DNA of 64,000 bases, taken from NCBI GenBank assembly GCA_038729485.1, contig JAVYRX010000003.1:106524-170523 (forward strand). Reading direction: 5' to 3'. Below are positions 35,650 to 44,011 of this stretch, in pieces. The notes beneath the pieces are model-generated. The model saw only the letters and a list, made by a program, of their open reading frames with translations, was not told the origin of the DNA and did no database searches. Made by a program: the position numbers and the translations under genes. Each line of letters opens with the position of its first letter. Position 1 is the first letter of the stretch. The DNA comes from Thermoplasmatales archaeon (GTDB taxonomy: Archaea > Thermoplasmatota > Thermoplasmata > Thermoplasmatales > GCA-001856825).

Positions 35650-36814
35650 TAACGTCTCCGTCCTCAAGAACGTAGTCCCTGCCCAGTGTTCTCTTCGTCC
35701 TGCCATTAATGGCTCTTATAAATCTTTCGCCAAGATCAGTATGGACTTTGAACGCAAGGTCAAGCGCAGTAGCTCCCTTTCGCATTAGAATGGCATCAGG
35801 TAGAACGTTGCCATTCTTGTCTGTCCAATGGTTTTCGTCTTCCACCGGATAGACAACGATTAAGTTTAGCACGTCGTACACAAGTCTTTCAAGTGATTGC
35901 TGCACTCCAGTTCCCCCGTTCTTCTGCAGATAAATGGAAACCTTTCTTAACGCCTCCTTTTGGGAAGAAGTGAGCTTATCTTCCCTTGTAATCCTGAAAC
36001 TCCCGCTTCCTGGGGTGTATTCAATGAGGCCAATCTTTGCGGCCCTCTTTAAAACGAGCTCGTAATCGCCTGAAACTACGGAAACTCCCCTGCCAGAGAG
36101 ACTTTCGGCGCTTTCTCTGCTTATCAGATCGCCCTTGGAAGCAACTATGACTCCAGGTTTGGATATCCTCAATATCTCTTCGGCAAGCGTTTGGGTAACG
36201 TTCTTGTCCCACTTCCTGAGATCGGCCGGAATTGGGGTATTCTTTATCGCAATGGAAAGATCCTTGACGTCTATTCCGAGCCCTGAGATTTTGTCGTATA
36301 TTACATTTTCAAGCTTGCCCCCTTCGCTCTCCAGTTTCCTCAATCCTTTATCCAGGCCGTCTGATATAATGTCGGAAAGCCACATCGCTATTTCCTTGTG
36401 AACGAATTCAGCGTCGTCAAGCGGATCGACCGATCCAGCTGGAACGGGGTTCCCGTTCCTGTCAAGTGAGCCGGTTGCATCAACTATTTGGATAAAACCG
36501 TCGGCTCTCCTCAGGTCATCCAGAAACTTGTTGCCCAAACCTTTTCCCTCATGTGCCCCCGGTACAAGTCCTGCTACATCCATGATTTCAATCGGAACCA
36601 TCCTCGTTCCTTCAACGCATTTGCCGAACTTTGGATTACAGGCCTTTCCAAGTTCAGTGTGGGGGCACTTTGCACGAATATATGCAACACCCTTGTTTGA
36701 ATTTATGGTGGTGAAAGGGTAGTTAGCTATTTCCACGGGATTTTCGGTTAGGGCCGAAAAGTACGTACTTTTTCCGACGTTTGGCTTACCTATTATACCT
36801 ATAAAAAGGCTCAT
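35627..36814 (-). CDS. OBG/YchF-class GTP-binding protein with a C-terminal TGS domain
   Basis: G1 'GIIGKPNVGKST', G3 'DVAGLV', and C-terminal 'GDVIKIV' TGS-like end. Confidence 0.8.
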   Translation of the reverse strand: MSLFIGIIGKPNVGKSTYFSALTENPVEIANYPFTTINSNKGVAYIRAKCPHTELGKACNPKFGKCVEGTRMVPIEIMDVAGLVPGAHEGKGLGNKFLDDLRRADGFIQIVDATGSLDRNGNPVPAGSVDPLDDAEFVHKEIAMWLSDIISDGLDKGLRKLESEGGKLENVIYDKISGLGIDVKDLSIAIKNTPIPADLRKWDKNVTQTLAEEILRISKPGVIVASKGDLISRESAESLSGRGVSVVSGDYELVLKRAAKIGLIEYTPGSGSFRITREDKLTSSQKEALRKVSIYLQKNGGTGVQQSLERLVYDVLNLIVVYPVEDENHWTDKNGNVLPDAILMRKGATALDLAFKVHTDLGERFIRAINGRTKRTLGRDYVLEDGDVIKIVASR

Positions 36815-37233
36815 TGAACAGTTGCCTCAACAAGACCTAGCCCTTTCGGGCATTTCCTTGAAAGTACCTTCTCAACATTTATCTTGGAACGATCCTTTGC
36901 AAAGCTAAGGATGCAGATGGGTGCAAGCGAGCACTCAATATCGTCACAGTCTGGCTTTCTGTATGTAACCTTCGCACCTTCCTTTGCTATAGTTTTTGGG
37001 ATCATGAGAGTTCTGTCTGCCTCATCGACCTCTACCGTGAATACCCTGTTGTCTTCGTGGATGTAACACTTGTGTTCCTTCCCTCTGGATTTGAGTACTT
37101 TGTAATACTCCCCTGGTTTCAGGTTGTGACATACGTTCTTTAAGTTGCAAACGTTGCATTCCGGAGCTGGCCCTAAGTACTGAAATATGGTCCCACTGTT
37201 GGTCATGCTGTCAGGTACAAGTGTTATTATCAT
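36811..37233 (-). CDS. UPF0179-family Cys-rich protein
   Basis: 'IITLV...GPAPECNVCNLKNVC...KCYIHED...CDDIECSLAPIC...KCPKGLGL' follows the UPF0179 pattern as I recall it. It overlaps both neighbours. Confidence 0.65.
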   Translation of the reverse strand: MIITLVPDSMTNSGTIFQYLGPAPECNVCNLKNVCHNLKPGEYYKVLKSRGKEHKCYIHEDNRVFTVEVDEADRTLMIPKTIAKEGAKVTYRKPDCDDIECSLAPICILSFAKDRSKINVEKVLSRKCPKGLGLVEATVQ

Positions 37234-38291
37234 TAGGCGACTCCCGTTATGTGAAGGGCCTCCCTCGCGGCCTCTTCGTTTAAGCCGTTCTCTCCGAGAA
37301 CAGTGTATCTATCTGGCCTTGTTTTGTGTGCCATCATAAGCGCCTGAACTGCGTCTTCCTCGGTGAGGGAAACCTGGTCAAGTTTTGTTGGCGCACCTAT
37401 GGTCTGAAGCGTATTTTTTATAAGCATCCAGTCACCACCATGAAGATACATGGATATTATTGATCCGATTCCGCACAGCTCTCCATGTAATCCTGTACCT
37501 TTTTTTATGGAATCCACGGCATGTGCGAACATATGCTCTGATCCAGAGGCGGGTCTCGAGCTTCCGGCCACGCTCATTGCAATACCGGAAAATACTATCT
37601 GCTTTATTACAAGCCACACGCTCTCCTCAATACCAGGCTTGATTTGAGCAGCATTGTTTATAATTTCCTTTGCTGCAAATTCAGAGATGGAATAGGCCGA
37701 GCTGCTAATGCGCTCTGCCTTAAGTCTGTGGGCTAAACTCCAGTCCTTGAGGGCAGTGAGATTTGAAAGTACATCTGCTGCTCCAGAGGCCAGAAACCTA
37801 AAAGGTGCAGTAACTATTATCTCAGTATCAGCAATGATTGCCGCAGGCATCGTTGCCTCTACGGACGTAGAAATGCCGTTCTTGCTGATTGAGGCCCTTG
37901 GGCTTGCGACTCCGTCATGGCTTGCGGACGTTGGAATTGAAATGAAGTCCAATCCAAGATCGTACGCACTCTTCTTCGCTATATCTATCTTGGTTCCCCC
38001 GCCTATACCTAGGATTACCTTTGCCCCAAATGCCTTCGTACGTTCCTTGACAATCTCAACGCTTTCTTCAGTTGCAGACTCAACGAGTACAACGCCAACC
38101 TCTATATCCGACCCTTCTAGTATCTGTTTAACCCTTTCGCCGGCTAATTTCATTGTTTTGTTTCCTGAGACTATTAGACCCCTGTTCGAGTTGGTAATTT
38201 TCTTGAATACGTCCGCAACCTCATCTATTGCTCCGTGGCCACCGATGACCTCCCTCGGAAGGATCATCTTTGCCAGTTTTTCAAATGGCAC
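37233..38291 (-). CDS. egsA: sn-glycerol-1-phosphate dehydrogenase
   Basis: 'LPREVIGGHGAI', 'GIGGGTKIDIAK', 'IPTSASHDG' and 'GSEHMFAH'. Iron-ADH-like fold at the ~350 aa size typical of archaeal G1PDH. Confidence 0.88.
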   Translation of the reverse strand: MPFEKLAKMILPREVIGGHGAIDEVADVFKKITNSNRGLIVSGNKTMKLAGERVKQILEGSDIEVGVVLVESATEESVEIVKERTKAFGAKVILGIGGGTKIDIAKKSAYDLGLDFISIPTSASHDGVASPRASISKNGISTSVEATMPAAIIADTEIIVTAPFRFLASGAADVLSNLTALKDWSLAHRLKAERISSSAYSISEFAAKEIINNAAQIKPGIEESVWLVIKQIVFSGIAMSVAGSSRPASGSEHMFAHAVDSIKKGTGLHGELCGIGSIISMYLHGGDWMLIKNTLQTIGAPTKLDQVSLTEEDAVQALMMAHKTRPDRYTVLGENGLNEEAAREALHITGVA

Positions 38292-38339
38292 GAGGCCATA
38301 TCCAATATTCGTTATTTATTTCTTGCTAGTGAATCTATA

Positions 38340-39554
38340 TTAGGTACCTTCGTTCCAAGAATTGATATATGCAATCTGTTTTTTAGTCAGGGAATCAATT
38401 TTTATCTCCTGTGCCTTCAGGTAAAGCTCCGCTACCAGGCGATCTATCTCTTCCGGAACAGGGTAAACCTTCGGTGGGAGGTCCCTCTTGCGGGATATGT
38501 ACTCAGCAGCAAGAGCCTGTATTGAAAATGAGAGATCCATAATCTCCACGGGATGACCCTGTCCAGCGACAAGGTTCACTAGTCTGCCATCAGATAGAAC
38601 GTATGCCTTCTTCTTTCCAATACTATACATCTTTACATTTCTTCTAACTTCCCTCGCTTTCCCAAATTCTTTTTCCATCTCATCTACTGCCACCTCGTTG
38701 TTGAAGTGCCCAGAATTTGCCAATATTATGCCGTCCTTTGCAACCTTGATCATATCTGCGGTTACTATATCTCTCACTCCTGTTGCAGTGATGACTAGAT
38801 CGGCATCTTTTATCGCTTCCCTCATTCTTTTAACGTCAAAACCGTCCATGTGCGCTTCTATCGACTTGAACGGGTCTATCTCAGTTATCGTAACCCTTGC
38901 CCCCATACCCCTTATTCTATTTGCAATCCCCCTGCCGCACCATCCGTAGCCAGCAACAACAACATTTTTTCCTGCAAGCACTAGATTAGTAGCTGATAAT
39001 ATGCCATCTATGGTGCTCTGCCCGGTTCCGTACCTGTTATCGAAAAGATGTTTCATGTGGGCATCATTCACGTCGAACATCGGAAATTTTAGGGCCCCTT
39101 CCTTTTCAATGTTTTTGAGCCTAATTACTCCCGTAGTAGTTTCCTCATTCCCTCCGATGATGTTCTCGTATATATCCTTCCGATCCAAAGCCAATGTGGT
39201 AAGATCCCCGCCGTCGTCTATTATTATGTCTGGACCGAATTCCAGTGTTTTAGAAAGATATTCATAATATTCTTTTCTGTCAATTCCCCTTCTAGCATAA
39301 ACGTCCACGTGAAAATCCTGTTTGAGGGATTTCGCCACTTCATCGTCAGTACTTAGTGGGTTGCACCCGGCTATCCTGACATCTGCCCCTCCAGCCTTTA
39401 AAGTATACGCGAGTGCAGCAGTCTTGGCTTCTAGATGAAGAGCCATGGCGACCTTAAGCCTCTTGAAAGGTTTGGACCTTGACATTCTTTCCCTTATTGA
39501 CCCAAGAACCGGCATCCAGTTAATTGCCCATTCAATCTTGTTCTTTCCTTCCAT
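38340..39554 (-). CDS. ahcY: adenosylhomocysteinase
   Basis: 'NPLSTDD', 'IIDDGGDLT', 'EETTTGV', 'FDNRYGTGQS' and 'GYGWCGRG'. Confidence 0.95.
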   Translation of the reverse strand: MEGKNKIEWAINWMPVLGSIRERMSRSKPFKRLKVAMALHLEAKTAALAYTLKAGGADVRIAGCNPLSTDDEVAKSLKQDFHVDVYARRGIDRKEYYEYLSKTLEFGPDIIIDDGGDLTTLALDRKDIYENIIGGNEETTTGVIRLKNIEKEGALKFPMFDVNDAHMKHLFDNRYGTGQSTIDGILSATNLVLAGKNVVVAGYGWCGRGIANRIRGMGARVTITEIDPFKSIEAHMDGFDVKRMREAIKDADLVITATGVRDIVTADMIKVAKDGIILANSGHFNNEVAVDEMEKEFGKAREVRRNVKMYSIGKKKAYVLSDGRLVNLVAGQGHPVEIMDLSFSIQALAAEYISRKRDLPPKVYPVPEEIDRLVAELYLKAQEIKIDSLTKKQIAYINSWNEGT

Positions 39555-39564
39555 GGTTACACAA

Positions 39565-40212
39565 TTAATGAACGCTTAAACCTTTTTTGATTTTCACCAG
39601 GAATCCATTGCCCAATCTTGTCACTTCAATTTCACCCAGGGAAATTGGGTGCTGAAGATAACCGACCATTGGAACTCCTTCCTTTCCTATTACTATGGGG
39701 GAATAAAATATGTTGATTTCATCCCAAACCCCGCCAAGAATAAATGATGTTATAGTAGACATTCCGCCCTCTACCATGACCTTTCTGTATTTCATGTCCT
39801 CAAGCTCTTTAACGACAAATTCTGCCGTCGGTATCTTTTCCGGGCTTCTTCTTACAATCACTTTAGATTCAACTTTTTTCTCGAACTCCCTTGGAGGCGC
39901 GGAAGAACCGCAGAATATTATAACATTTCTTCTGTAGTTGAAAACCCTGGCCAGTGCATTGACTCTGAACGCTGAATCCAAAATGCCAACGTCTGGGATC
40001 TTATCTGATTCGAAGTACTTGGGATTTATTGTAAGCTTTGGATCGTCCATATCAACTGTATTTCTTCCCACAATTATTATGTCGGACTGAGCTCTCATTT
40101 TGTGAACTCTCGACATATCTTTTAAGTTAGAGAACTTGAACTGCTTTCCATTTTCTGCGGATATTCTACCATCGAGGGACGATGCGAAATTGATAATTAC
40201 ATATGGCCTCAA
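39565..40212 (-). CDS. arfC: 2,5-diamino-6-(ribosylamino)-4(3H)-pyrimidinone 5'-phosphate reductase (RibD C-terminal domain family)
   Basis: 'RPYVIINFASSLDGRIS', 'SDIIIVGRNTV' and 'VMVEGGMST' show DHFR-like reductase motifs. Confidence 0.8.
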   Translation of the reverse strand: MRPYVIINFASSLDGRISAENGKQFKFSNLKDMSRVHKMRAQSDIIIVGRNTVDMDDPKLTINPKYFESDKIPDVGILDSAFRVNALARVFNYRRNVIIFCGSSAPPREFEKKVESKVIVRRSPEKIPTAEFVVKELEDMKYRKVMVEGGMSTITSFILGGVWDEINIFYSPIVIGKEGVPMVGYLQHPISLGEIEVTRLGNGFLVKIKKGLSVH

Positions 40213-40432
40213 TTCGTAAAGGTGATGGAATTTAGAATTTATATGTGTTGTTCCAATTCAACGAGAGGCAGAGCTGGCCATCAATAGGCGATCAAGTTAA
40301 AAATTATGGAGAAGTTTCATTTCAATTATTAGTTACATATATTGATTGTTTGCGGTTTACACTAGAGGAATCGCTCTTTCAAAAGCAGGATTTGGTTTTA
40401 TAAAATGGCAAAATTTCAAGGATTTTTGGCTG

Positions 40433-40438
40433 TTTATA
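40433..40438 (+). promoter_or_regulatory. TATA-box-like element of the dtxR/mntH operon
   Basis: TTTATA lies about 50 nt upstream of the start codon and about 24 nt upstream of the palindrome. Confidence 0.4.
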
Positions 40439-40461
40439 GGCTAAATTATTAGTCACAAACG

Positions 40462-40483
40462 TTAATTAGGGTAACCTAATTAA
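40462..40483. promoter_or_regulatory. 22-bp near-perfect palindrome, candidate DtxR/IdeR-family operator
   Basis: In TTAATTAGGGTAACCTAATTAA, 10 of 11 positions pair with their mirror positions. The core TTAGGGTAACCTAA resembles the DtxR/IdeR iron-box half-sites (TTAGGTTAGCCTAACCTAA). It lies 3 nt upstream of the repressor gene. Confidence 0.65.
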
Positions 40484-40486
40484 GGT

Positions 40487-41161
40487 GTGATGAAGCACAA
40501 TAAACAGGACTATCTTCTAACGATATGGGAACTAAAAGAGTCCCTGGGCTTTGCCAGTGAGAAAACAGTCTCCAGAAGGATGGGTGTTTCATTGCCGTCT
40601 GCGTGGGAAGAAATACATAGGCTTGAGAACGAAAACATAATATTATTCGGAAGGCAAGGCATAGAATTCACAATCAAAGGATTAGAGATTGCCAAGGAAT
40701 CCGTGAGGGCGCATAGGATCACGGAACATTTCGTCTATGCCTATCTGGAAGTTCCTTGGGATGAAGTTCATAGATCTGTTATGGATCTAGAACACGATTT
40801 TACTGATAAGCTCTTGGAGAATCTTTACAGAAAAATGGGTTCGCCAAAGTTTTGCCCACATGGAAATCCAATAGATCCCGACGCAAGATTATATGAATTA
40901 TACGGTTCAGAAACAGGGGATGGAAGGTACTACTTTGTCAGAACCGCCCTGGAAGACTATGATTTTCTGAAAAATCTCATGGAAGGGGGAGCCCTTCCTG
41001 GGAGGACGGTTAGGTTAGAAAGGGAAGAAAAGGGCATTCATTTGGTTGGCGATAATGGAGAGATTTTCATTCCGAAGGATTACGAGAGGGGAATCAGGTT
41101 GGCTGACAAATATGTGGTCAAACAGGAATATCAGTCAACCGGGAGAGGATTTGAAGCATGA
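40487..41161 (+). CDS. DtxR/IdeR/MntR-family metal-dependent transcriptional repressor
   Basis: wHTH N-terminus (DYLLTIWEL), a dimerisation/metal-binding domain 'HRITEHFV...VHRSVMDLEHDFTDKL...CPHGNPI', and a C-terminal SH3/FeoA-like domain. The start is GTG 40487 or ATG 40490. Confidence 0.88.
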   Translation: MMKHNKQDYLLTIWELKESLGFASEKTVSRRMGVSLPSAWEEIHRLENENIILFGRQGIEFTIKGLEIAKESVRAHRITEHFVYAYLEVPWDEVHRSVMDLEHDFTDKLLENLYRKMGSPKFCPHGNPIDPDARLYELYGSETGDGRYYFVRTALEDYDFLKNLMEGGALPGRTVRLEREEKGIHLVGDNGEIFIPKDYERGIRLADKYVVKQEYQSTGRGFEA

Positions 41162-41167
41162 GGATCA

Positions 41168-42385
41168 GTGCGTAGAATGAACCCGAGAGTCAAGAGGCTT
41201 CTTCCACTGCTTGGCCCGGGCTGGGTAGTCATGATGGCAGATCTGGATGCCCCCAGCGTAATAACAGCGATCCAATCAGGCATAGACTACAAAGCGCATC
41301 TCATAGTCTTGCTCATAATTCTGATTATCCCACTTTTCTTAGTTCAGGATACTGCTTCTAGGGTCGGTGCCGTAACAGGAAGAACCCTTGGCCAATTGAT
41401 GACATCAAACTTTGGCCATAAATGGACTTTTACCGCGGTTTCGGGCTCAGCAGTAATGGATTTTGCAGCTTACGTAGGGGAATTCGCGGGTATTGCCGCC
41501 GCAGCCGGAGTTTTAGGCATCCCTCTGTATATAGCCGTTATCTCTGTCATAATCATTCATTCCCTCGTCATCATGACTGGAACATACAAGAGGATAGAGA
41601 TGTTCCTGGTAATACTTGGTGCTTTCCTTTTCATATTCATAATAATAGACTTTTTTGCAAGGCCTTCTGTAATCAGCTTACAAAGCTTTTACCCTGTAGT
41701 TCCTGAAACATCGTTTTACTTTCTAGTTGCTGCAAATATCGGTGCGGTGATTATGCCTTGGATGCTTTTCTACCACCAAGCGGCAGACGTTGACAGGGGT
41801 CTAAATATATCAGAGATGAAAAGGGAGAGCAGAGGTACCCTCTTGGGTGCCATCGTTTCTGAAGCATTGATGGTTTCGATAGTGGTATTTTCATGGAAGT
41901 TGTCTGAACTGGGTCTGGAATCAGGAAATTCTTTAAAAGTAGTCTCCGTTTATTTGGGTTCCTTGATAGGGCCAGCAGGGCCATTCATATTTAGCATAGC
42001 TGTCGGTATCGCAGGTTTGCTCGCTATGTTTGTGATTTCCATGAGCATGTCTTATACCATGTCCGATGCATTAAAATGGAAGAGCAGTTTTAATGGAAAC
42101 ATAAGGGGGCAGAAGGGCTTTTATACCATTTATTTCCTTGAAATAATACCCGCAGCATTGATTATTCTATCTTACCCAAACCTCATAGCAATAGTTCTTG
42201 ACGTTATGGTTTTCTCATCCATTGCGGTAGCGCTTCCCCTAATAGTAGTTACGAGGATAGCCTCGAACGGAAAAATCATGGGCAATTATCGCATCAGCCG
42301 AGCTAGGGAGATATCGCTATATGCCACTCTTGTCATCATAGTATCTGTGGGTCTGTTCTCCATTTTAACAACTTTTATCTTTTAA
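41168..42385 (+). CDS. mntH: NRAMP-family divalent metal (Mn2+/Fe2+) transporter
   Basis: 'LGPGWVVMMADLDAPSVITAIQSG' is the NRAMP DPGN-region equivalent, followed by 11 or so TM segments. It starts 6 nt downstream of the repressor gene. Confidence 0.85.
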   Translation: MRRMNPRVKRLLPLLGPGWVVMMADLDAPSVITAIQSGIDYKAHLIVLLIILIIPLFLVQDTASRVGAVTGRTLGQLMTSNFGHKWTFTAVSGSAVMDFAAYVGEFAGIAAAAGVLGIPLYIAVISVIIIHSLVIMTGTYKRIEMFLVILGAFLFIFIIIDFFARPSVISLQSFYPVVPETSFYFLVAANIGAVIMPWMLFYHQAADVDRGLNISEMKRESRGTLLGAIVSEALMVSIVVFSWKLSELGLESGNSLKVVSVYLGSLIGPAGPFIFSIAVGIAGLLAMFVISMSMSYTMSDALKWKSSFNGNIRGQKGFYTIYFLEIIPAALIILSYPNLIAIVLDVMVFSSIAVALPLIVVTRIASNGKIMGNYRISRAREISLYATLVIIVSVGLFSILTTFIF

Positions 42386-42424
42386 ATTTGGAAACATTGT
42401 TATCCAAAGACGCGTTTTAAAAGT

Positions 42425-43774
42425 ATGATAGTTTCCCCAATCGACTACAGATATGGTCGAACGGAGATCAAGAACATATTTTCAGAAACGGGAAGGCTAG
42501 GCTACATGCTTAAGGTGGAGGCATCGCTGGCTGAATCCGAAGGGATGCTAGGTATAATTCCTGCTGACAGTGCCCATTTGATTTCAAAACATGCGAATTT
42601 GAAGTACGTGAGACCTAGAAGAGTGAAGGAAATAGAGAGCGAGATTGGCCACGATGTTATGGCTTTGGTTAAAGCTTTGTCAGAGGTTTGCGGTAGCGCC
42701 GGAAAGTTCGTGCATTTGGGTGCCACATCAAACGACATACTCGATACAGCCACAGCCCTTCAGCTGAAAAGTTTCTATTCTTATCTAGACGATGATCTGA
42801 AGAGACTGTCATTTGCTATATACAGGCTCGCTAAAAAATATGAAAACACTGTTATGATCGGGAGGACTCACGGGCAGCATGCGTTGCCCATAACGTTCGG
42901 ACTGAAGATGGCAGTATATCTAGCTGAAGTAATGAGGCACATCGAAAGGATGAACGAATCGAGGAAGAGGGTCATAGTGGGAAAATTTATGGGGGCCGTT
43001 GGAACGGGAGCTGCCCTTGGTAAGGACACGATAAAGGTTCAGGAAAAACTTCTGGGAATCCTTGATTTGAACGGAGAAGAAGGCCCTACGCAAATAGTTG
43101 ATAGGGATAGATTTGTCGAATACATATCAATGATGGCTGGGATAGCTACAACATTAGAAAAATTGGCCACAGAGATTAGGATGCTTCAAAGGCCTGAAAT
43201 CAACGAGGTGCAGGAACCTTTTGATGAAAAGAAGCAAGTGGGTTCGAGCACCATGGCGCAGAAAGTAAATCCAGTCACGTCTGAGAACATAGTCTCCCTC
43301 GCACGCATCATAAGAGGATTCCTCATACCTATGCACGAATCAGCTGTCCTATGGCATGAAAGGGACCTCACAAATAGTGCTGCGGAGCGGTTTATTATAC
43401 CTTATGTTTCGATCCTAACAGATGACATTCTAAACAAGATGACGAGGGTGCTCGATGGCCTCAAGGTGAATGAGGAATCCATGCTAAAGAAAGTGCTGGG
43501 AGACGATCTTTTACTTGGTGAAGCCTATTTAATGGCTCTAGTAAATAAAGGATACGGTAGGCAGGACGCTCATGAGATTGTGCGAAAGGCTTCTATGAGC
43601 ATTAGGAAGGAAGGGGGAGAGCTTAGAAAAAAGGTAGAAGAGCTGGCAGGAAAGAAGATAAGGAAAATATCACCCTTGGATTATACTGGCAATGCTGTTT
43701 TTATAACGGAAAGGATTCTGGAAAAATACGAGAGAAGCTATCTTGTTAAGAAGGAAGGTAAAGGTAGCAAATGA
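42425..43774 (+). CDS. purB: adenylosuccinate lyase
   Basis: 'SPIDYRYG', 'GATSNDILDTA', 'GRTHGQHA' and the signature 'GSSTMAQKVNP'. Confidence 0.93.
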   Translation: MIVSPIDYRYGRTEIKNIFSETGRLGYMLKVEASLAESEGMLGIIPADSAHLISKHANLKYVRPRRVKEIESEIGHDVMALVKALSEVCGSAGKFVHLGATSNDILDTATALQLKSFYSYLDDDLKRLSFAIYRLAKKYENTVMIGRTHGQHALPITFGLKMAVYLAEVMRHIERMNESRKRVIVGKFMGAVGTGAALGKDTIKVQEKLLGILDLNGEEGPTQIVDRDRFVEYISMMAGIATTLEKLATEIRMLQRPEINEVQEPFDEKKQVGSSTMAQKVNPVTSENIVSLARIIRGFLIPMHESAVLWHERDLTNSAAERFIIPYVSILTDDILNKMTRVLDGLKVNEESMLKKVLGDDLLLGEAYLMALVNKGYGRQDAHEIVRKASMSIRKEGGELRKKVEELAGKKIRKISPLDYTGNAVFITERILEKYERSYLVKKEGKGSK

Positions 43775-44011
43775 TTTTTATCCAATTTAGTTATACGAAA
43801 AAATGGAATCTATAGGTAGGTTCTGCTTTTATAACAGGGACGGTACCTGCTACTTTGTCAGGAACCAACCTACCAGGTGCAACCTCTGCCCAAATTTCAT
43901 TTCATTCAAAAAGGAAGCATTGTCCTTTTCCACGGTTTCTTCATCCCCCGTTACATATTTCGATCTTGGTATTCTTAAGGGTGACCAAGAACTACTGCAG
44001 ACCAGCCTCGT

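Noticed and set aside
37708-38343. 211-aa ORF on the plus strand
   Set aside because: It is antisense to the glycerol-1-phosphate dehydrogenase gene, which has strong family motifs. It is a shadow ORF.
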